Positions 23,048 to 34,748 of a stretch of DNA of 64,000 nucleotides are shown here, piece after piece. Every line of letters starts with the position of its first letter. The stretch's first letter is position 1. A program made the translations under genes and the position numbers. The DNA is from Octopus sinensis (Eukaryota). The notes beneath the pieces were generated by a model. The model was not told where the DNA came from, ran no database searches, and saw only the letters and a list, made by a program, of their open reading frames with translations. The stretch covers positions 1-64,000 of the forward strand of contig NW_021832413.1 of assembly GCF_006345805.1 (NCBI RefSeq). The letters run 5' to 3'.

Positions 23048-23745
23048 TCACTGCTTACCGAAACCAGAAAATCCCATGATTTTGGCGACATCTGGTTCCT
23101 CAATTTCATCGGGGGCATTGACCGTGCGTTTACCAAAGGAGGAGAAGCCGAGAACAGAAGCAATATACGCTCCATCTGCATCAACTTCCACTGCTCTCTT
23201 CTTATTGTCCTTCATTTCCTTCCTCCTCTCCTTCCTATTCTCCTTCCTCTTCTCTTTCTCCTCTAACAACACTGCCAGTCGTTCATGGATGTCGTACTCG
23301 GGGACATGCCTCGACATCCGATTGGCCTCGATTCGCTCACGCACTTGGGAGACGGTCGACTTTTCCACCTTCATCGACATTCCCAGGTTCTTCTGGTCTG
23401 CAGAGGTCACATTTGAGGAATACGCTTTTTTCCGTTGATGTGGTCGAGGTAGTTGGTCGAGTCCTTTATCAGGCAGTCACAAACCTCGCAAAAATATCTG
23501 CGTGTTTCACTTTTAGTACCCTGGTTGGAAAGAGGTGGGTGCCGAGGCTGTCACCATACGGATTTGCCCTAATTTGGAGTCCAAATCAGGCTGTTAGGGT
23601 CAAACATGTTCATTACCTTCAAATCTCTTTGCTTTAGGGGTTCCGCTGTTGTTTTCTCTGGCCTTTTTGTGTTTTTTTTGCTTAAATATTTTGCGTATTC
23701 AGATAGACTTTTTGTGTGTTTTAAAGTATAGTTTTTATCAGCCAT
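23048..23745 (-). CDS. ZMAT2: Zinc finger matrin-type protein 2 / Snu23 (U4/U6.U5 tri-snRNP/B-complex factor), 207 aa, 4 exons
   Basis: Introns 23591-23616 (26 nt), 23498-23519 (22 nt) and 23398-23423 (26 nt), all GT-AG. The spliced ORF is open and gives [54 protein letters not shown], matching ZMAT2 motifs. Confidence 0.93.
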
Positions 23746-24899
23746 CGAACACAATAAACCAGAAGCGAATTTGAAAAACAATAAATTATTTTGTTTATAT
23801 TTTAAATTTAATTGTTAATTTATATATTTCAAACTAGAAAATATTCAAACATCATCAGCAATTGACATGGAAGATTTGTTTGTTTGTATTTCCTCAACAC
23901 TTTTCTTTTTAATGACCCCCAAGTTGTTATCATAGGTGAAACTCAGGAACAAATAACAGTCATAACTAGCGATTCGAAGGCAGAAACAGTGGGTGGGGTC
24001 GTGTGCTGATCAACATAGACTTCAAAATCTTCATTATATACACTTTGCTTGGAACTTGAATTTTTCTATTTAATCAGATTTAATCTTAAATTACCTAAGC
24101 AATTATTTTTATGTAACCGTTAATTATACCTTTGAAGTAATTAATTGATTTGTTTAAATAAGCACAACCTTCTCCTCATAGAAGGATCAAAAGAATCCAA
24201 ATTGTTTTTAGTCACCTATTTGCGATGCAAATTTAGAAGTACTTCGCGGCTGAGCTTTGATGTCACGCTTTTCATCCTAGATACGTATAAATCCATTTTT
24301 TCTTCATTTTCATGTTCTCTACAATATTCTTTAAATTACGGCCATCTGGATATATTCTCTGGTTTCTTTTTTATGCCAAGAAAGTTTACATAGTAGAATA
24401 TATCGCAAACACGACAGGGATTATTTTCACTTTTGTTACATGAATAATTAAAATTAACTTTCTATCATTTATGTAACAAAATATTAATGGTAAAAAATAA
24501 AGGCATATTTTAGAATAAAAAATTTCATAGATTCTTATAATAAGTAATTGACACTCACTGCTGTTTTTTGCAAAAAAGAAATTGGTTTCCTTTACAACTT
24601 GATAGTTATAGTTATCGATTTCAGATTTTCACTGTTCAACTTTTATACTTTTTTTGATTGTTATCAACTGTATGTATGTTTTGGATAAAATTTGGCATTG
24701 CATTTGATCTCTCTACGTGCATTAATTTATCGAGTCAGTCTTGAGGAAAAGAAGCAATGGAGCTCAGACGTTGCCAAAACTGCAAAATTAATATTTGAGA
24801 GGATTCTCCATGGAGGCTAGACTCTGATTACTCATGCTTTTAAATCAAAATTTAAACACAAAAATCTGTGATAAATATCAAAAGCATGCTTGCATCTAT

Positions 24900-25210
24900 C
24901 CAAAGTTAAACTGACAAACTGAAGAAGGAAATGGTCTCGATGTTCAAGAGATGCTGCGAGGAAGTTTTCTCTTAGATGAAAAGAATCAAGAAAAATGGGA
25001 GGAATTACTGAATCCCAACTAGGAAAATACTAAAGAAAACTCTTAAAATGAATATTCTGGCTGGGTTCGACACATCCATAAGAGAATATATTAATTCCAC
25101 CCCAGGCTTGAACATCAATGAAATTACCGATATTGTATACATCGGACACTGTGCGTATGAGAGGCTTATTAAGTCGACAAAACCTAAAAGCAACTGAAAG
25201 ACCTTTTTAA
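24900..25210 (+). mobile_element. Degenerate N-terminal remnant of an R2/NeSL-like retroelement
   Basis: NINEITDIVYIGHCAYERLIKSTKPKSN resembles TMDEISLYLYSAQTTYDEITQRPAPKSRW in ORF 50148-51419. Confidence 0.4.
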
Positions 25211-25396
25211 AGTGAACATTAAGGTAATCTGTTATCTTAGCATAGTTGTGCAATGTTAGGAGTTATTGTTGACAAATGTATCTTGCAGGATTGCAAGCGA
25301 GTTACCTTGCAGGATTGCAATCGATACTTTATGGACCTTATTATGTGAGTCTGGGACATCGTAGTTGTTTATTTTAACCAAAATGTTTAAAATACT

Positions 25397-28300
25397 TTTT
25401 TAATTTTTTTGGAGGGAAGGTTTAAAGTACCTTATCATGTGAGTAGAGGACATTTTTGTTCAATTTAAGCAATATTTTTGTCGATTTCTTGGCGGGAAAG
25501 TTTTAAGGACCTCATCGTTGAAGATATTCTTGAGAATATTTTTGGAGAACCTCGTCATTTTTGGCTTGTTCCCCATTATTGGAAATTATAAGGGGAAAGG
25601 ATTTTGATAATTTATCTGTAGTTTGCTAATTTGATGTTGCACAGACAGACACACACCATACCATTTTTTAATTAAGAAAATGGGCAAGATGAAAGAATTT
25701 TATAGACGTACTTTTACGGGGTTTGAGAAATCCACATAACTCAACCATTAAACTTTTTTCCATTATCGGAATGAATTGAGATTTTGATAGTTGCATCTTT
25801 AACCATTGCATACACTCCATGTAATAAAAAACCGGATTTTCAAGTTTGCATGTTTTTACTAGTATTTTTTTTTAATGTATATCAATTTTAATATTACTTT
25901 TCAGCAATCGTTTGTTGTATCTTTTTACCATTTTTAAAATTATAATTTATATTTGAATAATTGATCTTGATAAAATCTTAGCGTGTATTAACAAACCGGA
26001 TTTTTTTTGATTAGTCTGTTGCTAAGCCAATTTTTAGGTATTTGAAAAAAATGCTTGATAAAATCACTAAAGGAAAGATTATAGCCCTCATTCAATTAAA
26101 TTGAACACAAAAGAAGATTGTTGAGGAGCTGAATATTCCAACTTCGACTCTCAATGATTTTCTGAATAAGTTTTTTTAATCCAATTTTTTTTTACACAGA
26201 AAAAATTTAATATAGTCAGTTTAGCTGTACAAAAAGATTATTGAAAAATTATAAAAAGAAAAGTTACGAAGATTATCATTATAAATTAAAAAAAGTCTAA
26301 AATTAAAAACAGAATATCAAAAAAATTAAGCATTCGAAAATCCGGTTTTTTATTACATGGAGTGTATTTCAAAATTTAATCGATAACAATTAGAATCTAA
26401 AATTTAATACTTAAAATAAATACTTAAGAATATCTCGATATTATTGACGTAATTGGTGTCTTAGTTTCCAGCATCATTTCGATTGTCAGAAAGTGTTAAT
26501 TTTAAAATTAATTGTCGTAGCTGATAATTTGAAAGTCAGGATTCGCCAGTGGCCGCACCGCGGATTGCAAGCGAGTTACCTCACAAGATTGCTGTCGATA
26601 TCCTCTGGTACAGCCAGCAACCAGCTTTCAACAGAAGTCAGAAGGTGACTCTTGACATAAATCTCTGGTTCTCTCTAAACGCAGAAAACACGCTTTGATC
26701 GGAATTTCTGGCGGACACATTTTGCAATAACAAATTTGTAGAAAATGTCAGCTTCATCAGCTTTATAAAAATTTTCTACTTTGTACTTGTTAATTTTAGA
26801 GTTCAATAAATTTGATCAAAATTAGAAGTTTGGTGTCAATATAGAAAATTATTGATTTGGAAGAATCTGTGATTTTAGTTTCGCCGACTTTTTATAAAAT
26901 TTATTTAACAAAAAATTGATGAAAATAAAATAATTTGATCTAATTTTAGTATCAGGCTATTTTCATTTGATTTTAATAAGTTATTTAAAGGAGGATTATC
27001 CAAGCCGTGACAATTATTTTTTACGGATTACAATGCTGAGCCAGAATATTTTGTGCCTCTGCTTGAGTCTACTTATTTAATGCTCAGATGAATTCCTAGG
27101 AACGGTTGAGAAATCATTTTTGCCTGGCCAGTTGAGTTAGTAGAAGGGACTATTAAGGAACTAGAGAAATCAAATTTTAAAATACAATTGAGAAAAAAAT
27201 TATAAATAGGGAGAGTGACTCGCTAAATTGAGTAATTTTTTGGAGAAACTTTTACGGCAACTTCTTTTGGCCTAGAATTGTCTTTAAATGGCAAAACAAG
27301 AAAGCGGCAAAAAGAGATCAAGAAAAATATCCCTTAGAGTGAAAAATATCAATTATTGAAAATAAAATGGCAATATACAAAATGAGAATCAGATTTGGAA
27401 TCCAATTTCACAGTGAAGTGTTTAAAAACTAAAGGTATTCAAACATTTAATGTTTTTTTAACTTAATTTTTTAAATTAATAGAAAAAGAGCAAGGATGCC
27501 AAGGAGCAACAAATTGTATTAAGATTTGCTCTTATAATTGCCAAAAAATATCCTGAAACAACCAGCTGGTCTCTTTGTTGTTGCACGTACTTTTTGAAGA
27601 AAATAATGCCGTTGGTCTTTGCCACAACGCGTGTCAATCAAACGTATTCATTAATTGCTGATCTTTCGCACTTTTCGACTTCTCTCGGCACTTTTAAGCG
27701 GTGCCAAAGAAACATACAGAGTTAACTGGATTAGATTTTTTGAAATAGTTCACATAAGTGACATCACAGACGAGATATCTATCCGTTCTAAAGAAAAGAG
27801 CCTAAACCTGTTTCCCGTCTGCGCGATCGAGACTCACAAGACTCACAAGGTATAGAACCCAAGCCTGCTGAGTTTAGAGTTCTCCTGACAATTTCGTCCA
27901 GCCCACTGAAAAATCTACCCGCAATCAGCCTGTACGAGAGAATGAAGTTTTTTTAGAATCAACAAGCATGAGGCAGGCACATTTTAACACCCAGAAAGAT
28001 AAAAATTCCGATCTAGGTGGATTCGTGAAGGCCAACGAAATAGCACTAAGCCGAATGTGCCTGGCAAACAGTTTTCAAGGCTGCAAAATCAATTGGTCCT
28101 AACGAGAGCACAGAGTTTTTAAAACAGATTTACAATAAATTTCATCTCATTCTATTAAGTTCAGGAAAAAATAATTTTTAAGAAAAAGCGACACAAATGA
28201 TCCAGCAGGAGTTGCTTTTAGCAAAGGCTTTAAACAGTTTAAATTGATTTTTATCTAAAATCATACCTTTAAAAATTAGTTTTTGTAGATAATTTAATTC

Positions 28301-30017
28301 TTGTGATACGTGCATGTTTATTTCGATTGAGCTCTGTGAAACTCTACCTAATGGCCTACCTACGAATCAATTAAAAAGAAAAGCTAATGAGAACGTAGAT
28401 GAAGTGGCTCGAGGATTTCACACATGCAATGGGGTACAAAAATAGTACACTCCACCCGATAAAGATTTGGAAGAATATCTCTTGACTGTGCATAATATAA
28501 CACAGGCTTTCAATGAAAGGTTTCAAACTACAAAGTAAATACTGAACGTGAAGACACTAGTCAGGAGTAGAGTGAAGGAGGACTCATTTCTGCCTGGTCA
28601 TAAACCAGAAAATATGTCTCCCAAAACGGAAATCCCCCTTTTTATAAATTGCTCAATTGAGTTTAATTCCCAAATTGTACAAGTGAAATTAATGTTGCGT
28701 GAATTGTGGACTCCGACTTTAAAGGCAATCAATTGAGGGACTACATTGAAGCATACAATTTGATCTTCGACAATCAAATGGGAATGAAAAGAATGTGCCC
28801 AGGAGTCAAACAGCAGGGATTGTTCAATCAATGTATCCATTAACAAAATGCGAATAACCTTTCTTCTGCGTGGATTGATGTAAAAAGGGTTTTGACCCTG
28901 TTGGCCACGAATGAAAAGGGGGATTTTGCAGGGTGATTCTTTATCTCCAAAAATCTCTATGCTTGTTTTGGACTCCCTGAGTAGAGTATTGAATACGAAA
29001 TTTCCAAATATGCTAGTGGACAATTCAGGCAATAGCGTTCAGGTATACTTAACAAACCACTTGTTATTCATGGACGACTTAAAAGTGTTTGCTCGGAAAT
29101 GCGTTTCCAAAATGAGGTGGTAAGGTGCATTCACTTGCACATCTGCCGACAATATGGGATAAAATAGTCTAGGAAGTTGAAGGCCCACTCCGTTCAGTCG
29201 CCTGACTCTTAGTGTCATTCGAGGACAGAACCCGATACGACTTCGGTTGATAAATTCTGGACTTGTCTGTATACGGGAAATTGTAGTTGAAAGTGATAAG
29301 TCAAGTGGAGGGGTATCTTTCCCTCCAAAGGGCAATGGAAGTGTCCTTCGATTCCCTCATTTCATGAAATATATTGTAGACGAGGTTACATGTCTAATCC
29401 AAGAACATGAGTGTCTAATCGAGGAGTGTCCCTTCCCTCTTCACCCACTACATGGTGTGGTGGTCCCTCAACATGGATTGCCAACTCTAATAATCGCCTG
29501 AACATGTCCGTCGCCGTCGGGAGGCTCATTAGTGGACTCGACAAGAAGATAGTCTTCGAGAGTGGCTGTTTGTGCCTGTCGAGTGTGTGGTAGTGGATGA
29601 GCTAATAGACAGTATGCAGGTACTGTTCGAGTTGTGCACTGACAAATGGTGTGGATTGACTGAATAGTGTCACGGACATCATTTTTGTCATCATCGAGGA
29701 CGACTGGCAGACTACTTCAAGCTATGTGACCCCAATCCTTTCCTTGAGAGACTCGGAGAGCACATGTTGTTGGCCTATGTCGAGGCATTGTACCTCAAGA
29801 GTGACATATTTGAGTTGGAAGAACAGGACTGTGAGGGCAGAGGCAGTGGGGATGGTCCAGTCTGATGTGGAAAAGTTCGAGAGGTTGTTTGCGAGGCTGG
29901 ACGGGGGGAAAGGACTGCCTCTTCTTTCCAGTTTTTGAATGACTTGGTGAGACTGTTAAAGCAGGAGGACAGGTCGTTCATAGAGATCACAGTTATGTCG
30001 TGTGTTATGTGTTTATT
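25397..30017 (+). repeat. Segmental duplication A, copy 2
   Basis: Near-identical to 1-4618. It continues without a break into 30018-30330. Confidence 0.97.
25813..26364 (+). mobile_element. Tc1-derived MITE-like element, duplicate of 417-967
   Basis: Same 29-bp TIRs and TA flanks. Confidence 0.92.
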
Positions 30018-30129
30018 GACAAGTGTCGCGAGGACTTTAATAAGTCTGCTGTCAGGGATACTAGGGTCCGTAATAATAAACCCTACATGTTTTTCTACGA
30101 CAAGGTTCGGAACATCATTACGCACACAT

Positions 30130-30330
30130 CCAAGTTTGGATTACTTCTCAACAATCTTTGAAGCTGTGAAAGTTAAGAAATAAGATAAATACGATCTCTT
30201 GGCAGGCGAATTGAAATTAATCCACAATGCAAAAATGGACGTAGTACCATTGATTTTCACATGAGACGGAATAGTGGAACCTGTCGAGCACAAGGACCCT
30301 GTATTCCGGCCCATTAGTCTGGCAAAAAGA
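30130..30330 (+). mobile_element. C-terminal remnant of an R2/NeSL-like element
   Basis: VKVKK*DKYDLLAGELKLI..VVPLIFT*DGIV resembles EKRRKYDLLANEL..VIPCVMTWDGLV at 53140-53245. Confidence 0.6.
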
Positions 30331-30949
30331 GGCAAATCATAAGTAAAGAGAAGGAAGCTGGAATCAATATTATCTGGATAATATATTATTAATAAGTTAT
30401 TTAACGTTAAAAACAGGCCGAATCGACGAGACCCAACAAAGGGCTCACAGATTAACCAAACGTTGGTCGCACGGTAACAAACGCCTCTGGAGGACCTGAT
30501 TAAACAGAACTCCAGTTTTTTTGCCAATGCCGAAGCGAAAGTGCCTAGCCACCTGGTGTGTTCTTGTTTGGGCCCGTAGAAAGATCAACGAGCGAGAATG
30601 AGGTTCATGGTTGAGTGCATCGGGATCACTTGACTTGCGTTCAGATTTTAGCGTGGTCTTGGTGTTTTAATTGCTGTGAACTGAGATGGTTAACAGCGGC
30701 CATCCTGGCATTATTGTCGTCAACGAGTCAAAGCTCAGGGAAAACCAGTCGTATACCGGTCACTGGACCTAAAATGGGGCAGAAATAATGTCAAAAATTT
30801 GTCTCCTCTCACTCAAGAGTGTCTCGGCCTGTCCAGGAGGCATGTGGACTATAGAATGGAGACTCAAACTCGTCGACGGATCCACCAAACCCAACAACTC
30901 CTCGACAAAATTTAAAATCTCAAATAATCCCACACCAATACCAAAGACT

Positions 30950-32822
30950 CAGAATGCTCAAATCTGTCGTTTATTGTCGGATCATCTTTTGGACGAGACG
31001 TCTCAATGGGAATAAATTCCTCCTTCTTAACAGAAATAGCATTCATTATCATCTCATTGCTAGTCAGTGCCTCCCGTGTTTGAAGTTCTGCCACTTTTCT
31101 CTTGAGAAAAACATTTTCCTGTCTAAGACCCGAATCGGGCGAGGCGAAGTCGTTTAGCTCGTTCAAAAGTACGGAGCATCCGAAGAGTCTCAAACTCCCT
31201 CAGTCGGTTCCTTAACTCCGCCAAAGTTTCCCCTTGTCGCTCGATTGTAGCCAAATGTCGTTCTCCCTTGCAGAGCGACCCAATGGCCATTAAATCATTT
31301 GCCTTTGGATATCGCTCTAACTGTGCTAATGCACGGTTCTTCTCATCTCGGGAATCTGCCAGTTCTTGCCTAAGTTGGACAAGTCTGTCCTTCGCTTCTT
31401 TGTGGGATTCATTCAACTTGGAATATGTCTGCTTATGCACTCTAAGATATGAGAATAAGGGTCACTTGAGTTGTGCTGCCATTTTCTTGATTTCTTGCTT
31501 GTATTTGGCTACTTCATCGGCACATTAATTACGCTTCAAGATAACTATTTCCTCGTCTTTTTTTCTGAGTAGATCCGAAAGTCTGTCAACTCGCGACTCA
31601 TTTCGTTGTTCGAGTCTGACACTCTCGCCCTCAAAACATGCATTTCCTGCTCCAACGAAGAGATTAAAGATTCCCTATCTTCACATTTTGTCTCCAATCT
31701 GCCAATTTCGATTCTAAAATAACAAAATATATTTCCATACTTTAATCGATTAACTGTCGTTTTAAACTCGGTAGAATTAACTTGGTCACCCGACTGAGAC
31801 TTGCGGTTTTCCATTTCTGTTGTTGATGACAGACAAACCAGAGTTTTTGAGTCGGATTGACTCGATTTTTGCTGCTTTTTTCTTTTGAGTGAGTTTTAAA
31901 AGCCGCTCTTCCTGTATGCAAATTGTCAACGAATGCTGCTTGATCTGCTCACGGAAATTCTGTGACTCGGTCTCGTAGTACTCTCGTTGGTCCGAAATCG
32001 CCCTCAACCTCAACTTATTCTCATTTTCCAAGGCGACCTTCAACGATTCGATTTCTCCCAGCAACTTGACCTAAAAAATTTAAAAAAAACCAAAGAAACT
32101 TTATCTTGCTTATAAGATTCCGCCGATTTGTCTAAATCTTGATATTTATGTCTTAGAGCCTCCAAATCTGATTCTCGCGACTCAAGTGTCTTGAGATAAA
32201 ACCAAATTAATAACCGAATTCAGTCTTTCCAAGGCGACTTGCATTAACTCTGCCTTTTCGGTCTCCTCCTTTGAAAGAAGGCTCATCCTCTCCTCTGCCA
32301 ATTCTCGGATCTTGGCCATTTCCCGACACGATTTTTCATTTTCTGAAATATAATTTTTAGTTGGAACCTTCGGCAACAGTTCTCTCCACTGCAAGTTTAA
32401 TCTGCCTCCTCAACTCACGGTCTGCATTCTGATCGGCCTCTTTAATGTCCTGAGCGTATTTTTGGCATATTTTTTCCATTTCTTGTACAGACTCGTCGTG
32501 GAGTGCTCTCGTCAATGCAAGTCGTTTAGTCAACACGGCGATATTCTCAGTGATAGCTGGGATATACTTCATGGAAATACAGTCAGACGGCTTATAGACC
32601 TCGTTGCCATCCTCCAAGTAATCTTCAATTTCGTGCAGTTTTTTTGGTTTGGATTCGTGAAACACTTGACAACGTCTTGCTTTGAAAAGACAAGACGTTG
32701 TCAAGTGTTTCACGAATCCAAACCAAAGAGTCGTCAAGTCCCTCCTTAGACTCCAATCTGCTCACCAGACAGTCCAAATGTGAAGACATAGCACTTCCAC
32801 CCTCCAAATATTCTCCCTGCAC
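30950..32822 (-). CDS. Multi-exon coiled-coil protein of unknown identity (needs 2-3 single-base corrections; gene or recent pseudogene)
   Basis: E/K/R/L-rich heptad ORFs join in frame on removing GT-AG introns 32343-32367 (25 nt), 32190-32214 (25), 32071-32099 (29), 31817-31838 (22), 31714-31740 (27) and 31442-31465 (24). Residual shifts fall in T7 runs (32639-32645 and 31558-31564) and near 31190. The ends are approximate. Confidence 0.7.
32643..32727. repeat. Perfect 37-bp inverted repeat with an 11-nt loop
   Basis: TTTGGTTTGGATTCGTGAAACACTTGACAACGTCTTG (32643-32679) is the exact reverse complement of 32691-32727. Confidence 0.97.
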
Positions 32823-33041
32823 TCACAAAATAGAAAAACCAATTCCCTGTCAATTGAAACACGCATGTCTCTCATTTTTAATTTCATATCATTAAAGTTT
32901 TATTTTTATGGCATTGTTTTGAGTAAGGAATAATCTATTTTTCATACATTTGCGAAGAGTTAAAATTTTAGAATATAAATAGTCAAACCCCGTTTACTTG
33001 CCAAATTTTTGACCAAGCCAAAAGATGGCGATTAACTGAAT

Positions 33042-33250
33042 TTAACAAGTAACTGAATAATTCGCGGAGTCAACTATATTGGTCTTTGAGAAGGTGTCTG
33101 TGCACGTGGAGTCCCACGCGAGGCATTTCCCATTACTCCACGGGAAAATGGTGACTCCATTTGGGCGTTTACCGTCTCCGCGGTCAAGCCCAACGGGTTC
33201 CAGTTCTGTCAGGAATCCAGCTGCTTGTAACGCAGCCGAAATAGTCTCGC
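33042..33250 (-). mobile_element. CRE-like element fragment (REL endonuclease region)
   Basis: ISAALQAAGFLTELEPVGLDRGDGKRPNGVTIFPWSNGKCLAWDSTCTD aligns with LEPVGLGRGDGKRPDGMT..CLIWDATCSD in 37570-40164. Confidence 0.88.
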
Positions 33251-34568
33251 ACCAGCAATGTTGGGTAGAAAACAAGGATTTGTTGCACGCCTAACTGAAT
33301 ATGTCTCAGAAGAGTATAACAATAAATCAGTTATTGGTGTACATTGTATTATTCACCAACAAGCACTTTGTTCACAAATGAAAAAATTTGAAAATACACT
33401 TAATGAAGTAAAACAAATTATTATATATATCCGAAACAATGCATTGAGACATAGACAGTTTCGTACAATTCTTTCCGGTAGTGAAATATCTGCTGAAGAC
33501 ATTTTATACCATGCACAAGTTCGCTGGCTATCACAAAGTGAAACAGCATGTCGTGTGCTTGATTTACGAAAAGAAATATCAAACTTTTACTCATCAAAGC
33601 AAAAAGAGTGTCCTTTGGATAAAAAAATTTCTTAATTGACTTAGCATTTCTGGTTGATGTACTCACATATATCAATAATTTGAATATATCTCTGCAAGGT
33701 AAAGACCAAACAATTTGTCGAATGTATAAAAAAATTAACGATTTTATGGATACATGCCGCCTACTGAAGATTTACATAGAAACAAATGAATTATTTCATT
33801 TTCAAAAAGTCAAAAATTTCATTGATGACAAAATAATTAATTATGACGATCTTACACCAAATACATTTAATACTATATTCGATTATATTTTGAAACAATT
33901 TGAAGAGCGATTTAACGAATTTAAAAAAATTGAACTCAAACTTCAATTAACTGCAGCACCACATACTGTTTCGATTGAGAATGCGCCATTGGAATTTCAA
34001 TTGAATTATTGAAATTAAAAAATGATTTAATTTTGATAAATAAATTTAATGAAAGCGAAGATTTGTTGAATGTATGGAAATCAGCGACAGATTATCCAAA
34101 TTTACGTGAAATGGCAAGAAATATTTTCGTTTTATTCGGAAGCACATGTATTTATGTGAGTCTACATTTCCAAAATGAAAAAAATTAGATGTAATTATAA
34201 TTTGCTAATGTTGCAATTTATATTATCGAAAATAAAAATAATTCACATTATAATTTGCTAATGTTGTAAATAATTTACTATTTACAGCAAGCATGGTTCA
34301 AATTATAAAACATCATTTTTTCAAAAATTTAAAGTTCGTTCATTAACTCAGAACGTTTTCTTTATATTAATTGGCCTTTTGATCGGTATTAGTTAATCGA
34401 CGTTTTTTTAACGGCTCGTATTCAACCGTATCTCATTATGAACCGGTCACAATAATTAAAAAAATTATTATATTAATATCGAAAAAATAATGCAGAAAAT
34501 GTGCGGCCGTGGAAGAGAAGGAAAAAAATGCTATGCGGCCGCAAACCCAAAAAGCTTGGGCACCCCTG
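33250..34568 (+). mobile_element. hAT transposon, 3' half (GTF2IRD2/Buster-like transposase, degenerate)
   Basis: APAMLGRKQG, HCIIHQQALC, VRWLS, NISLQGK and FGSTC-like dimerisation region. Right terminus AAAGCTTGGGCACCCCTG, i.e. TIR CAGGGGTGCCCAAG. Confidence 0.88.
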
Positions 34569-34611
34569 CTCTAAAAGAACAACGAAATTTAAACATAGAA
34601 GTAGTTAATGT

Positions 34612-34740
34612 ACGCCAGCGCATCGGCCTGGCCATTGTTCGGGGCAACGCACACTGCGTCCTCGCCGCTGGAACTTAACGATTTTCGGTGTTAGTTGTTT
34701 TTGTAAATAAAAAAACAATCATCTTTAAAAAAAAAAGTTA
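34612..34740 (+). mobile_element. Extremely 5'-truncated CRE-like retrocopy
   Basis: RQRIGLAIVRGNAHCVLAAGT* followed by an A-rich tail. Confidence 0.7.
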
Positions 34741-34748
34741 ATGTACTA

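Noticed and set aside
29300-30160. Alternative genetic code (TAA/TAG read as Gln), suggested by in-frame stops on the minus strand
   Set aside because: H3, the G-patch gene and Tigger end correctly at TAA, and the CRE ORF at TAG. The same frame also contains TGA, and the region reads better on the plus strand.
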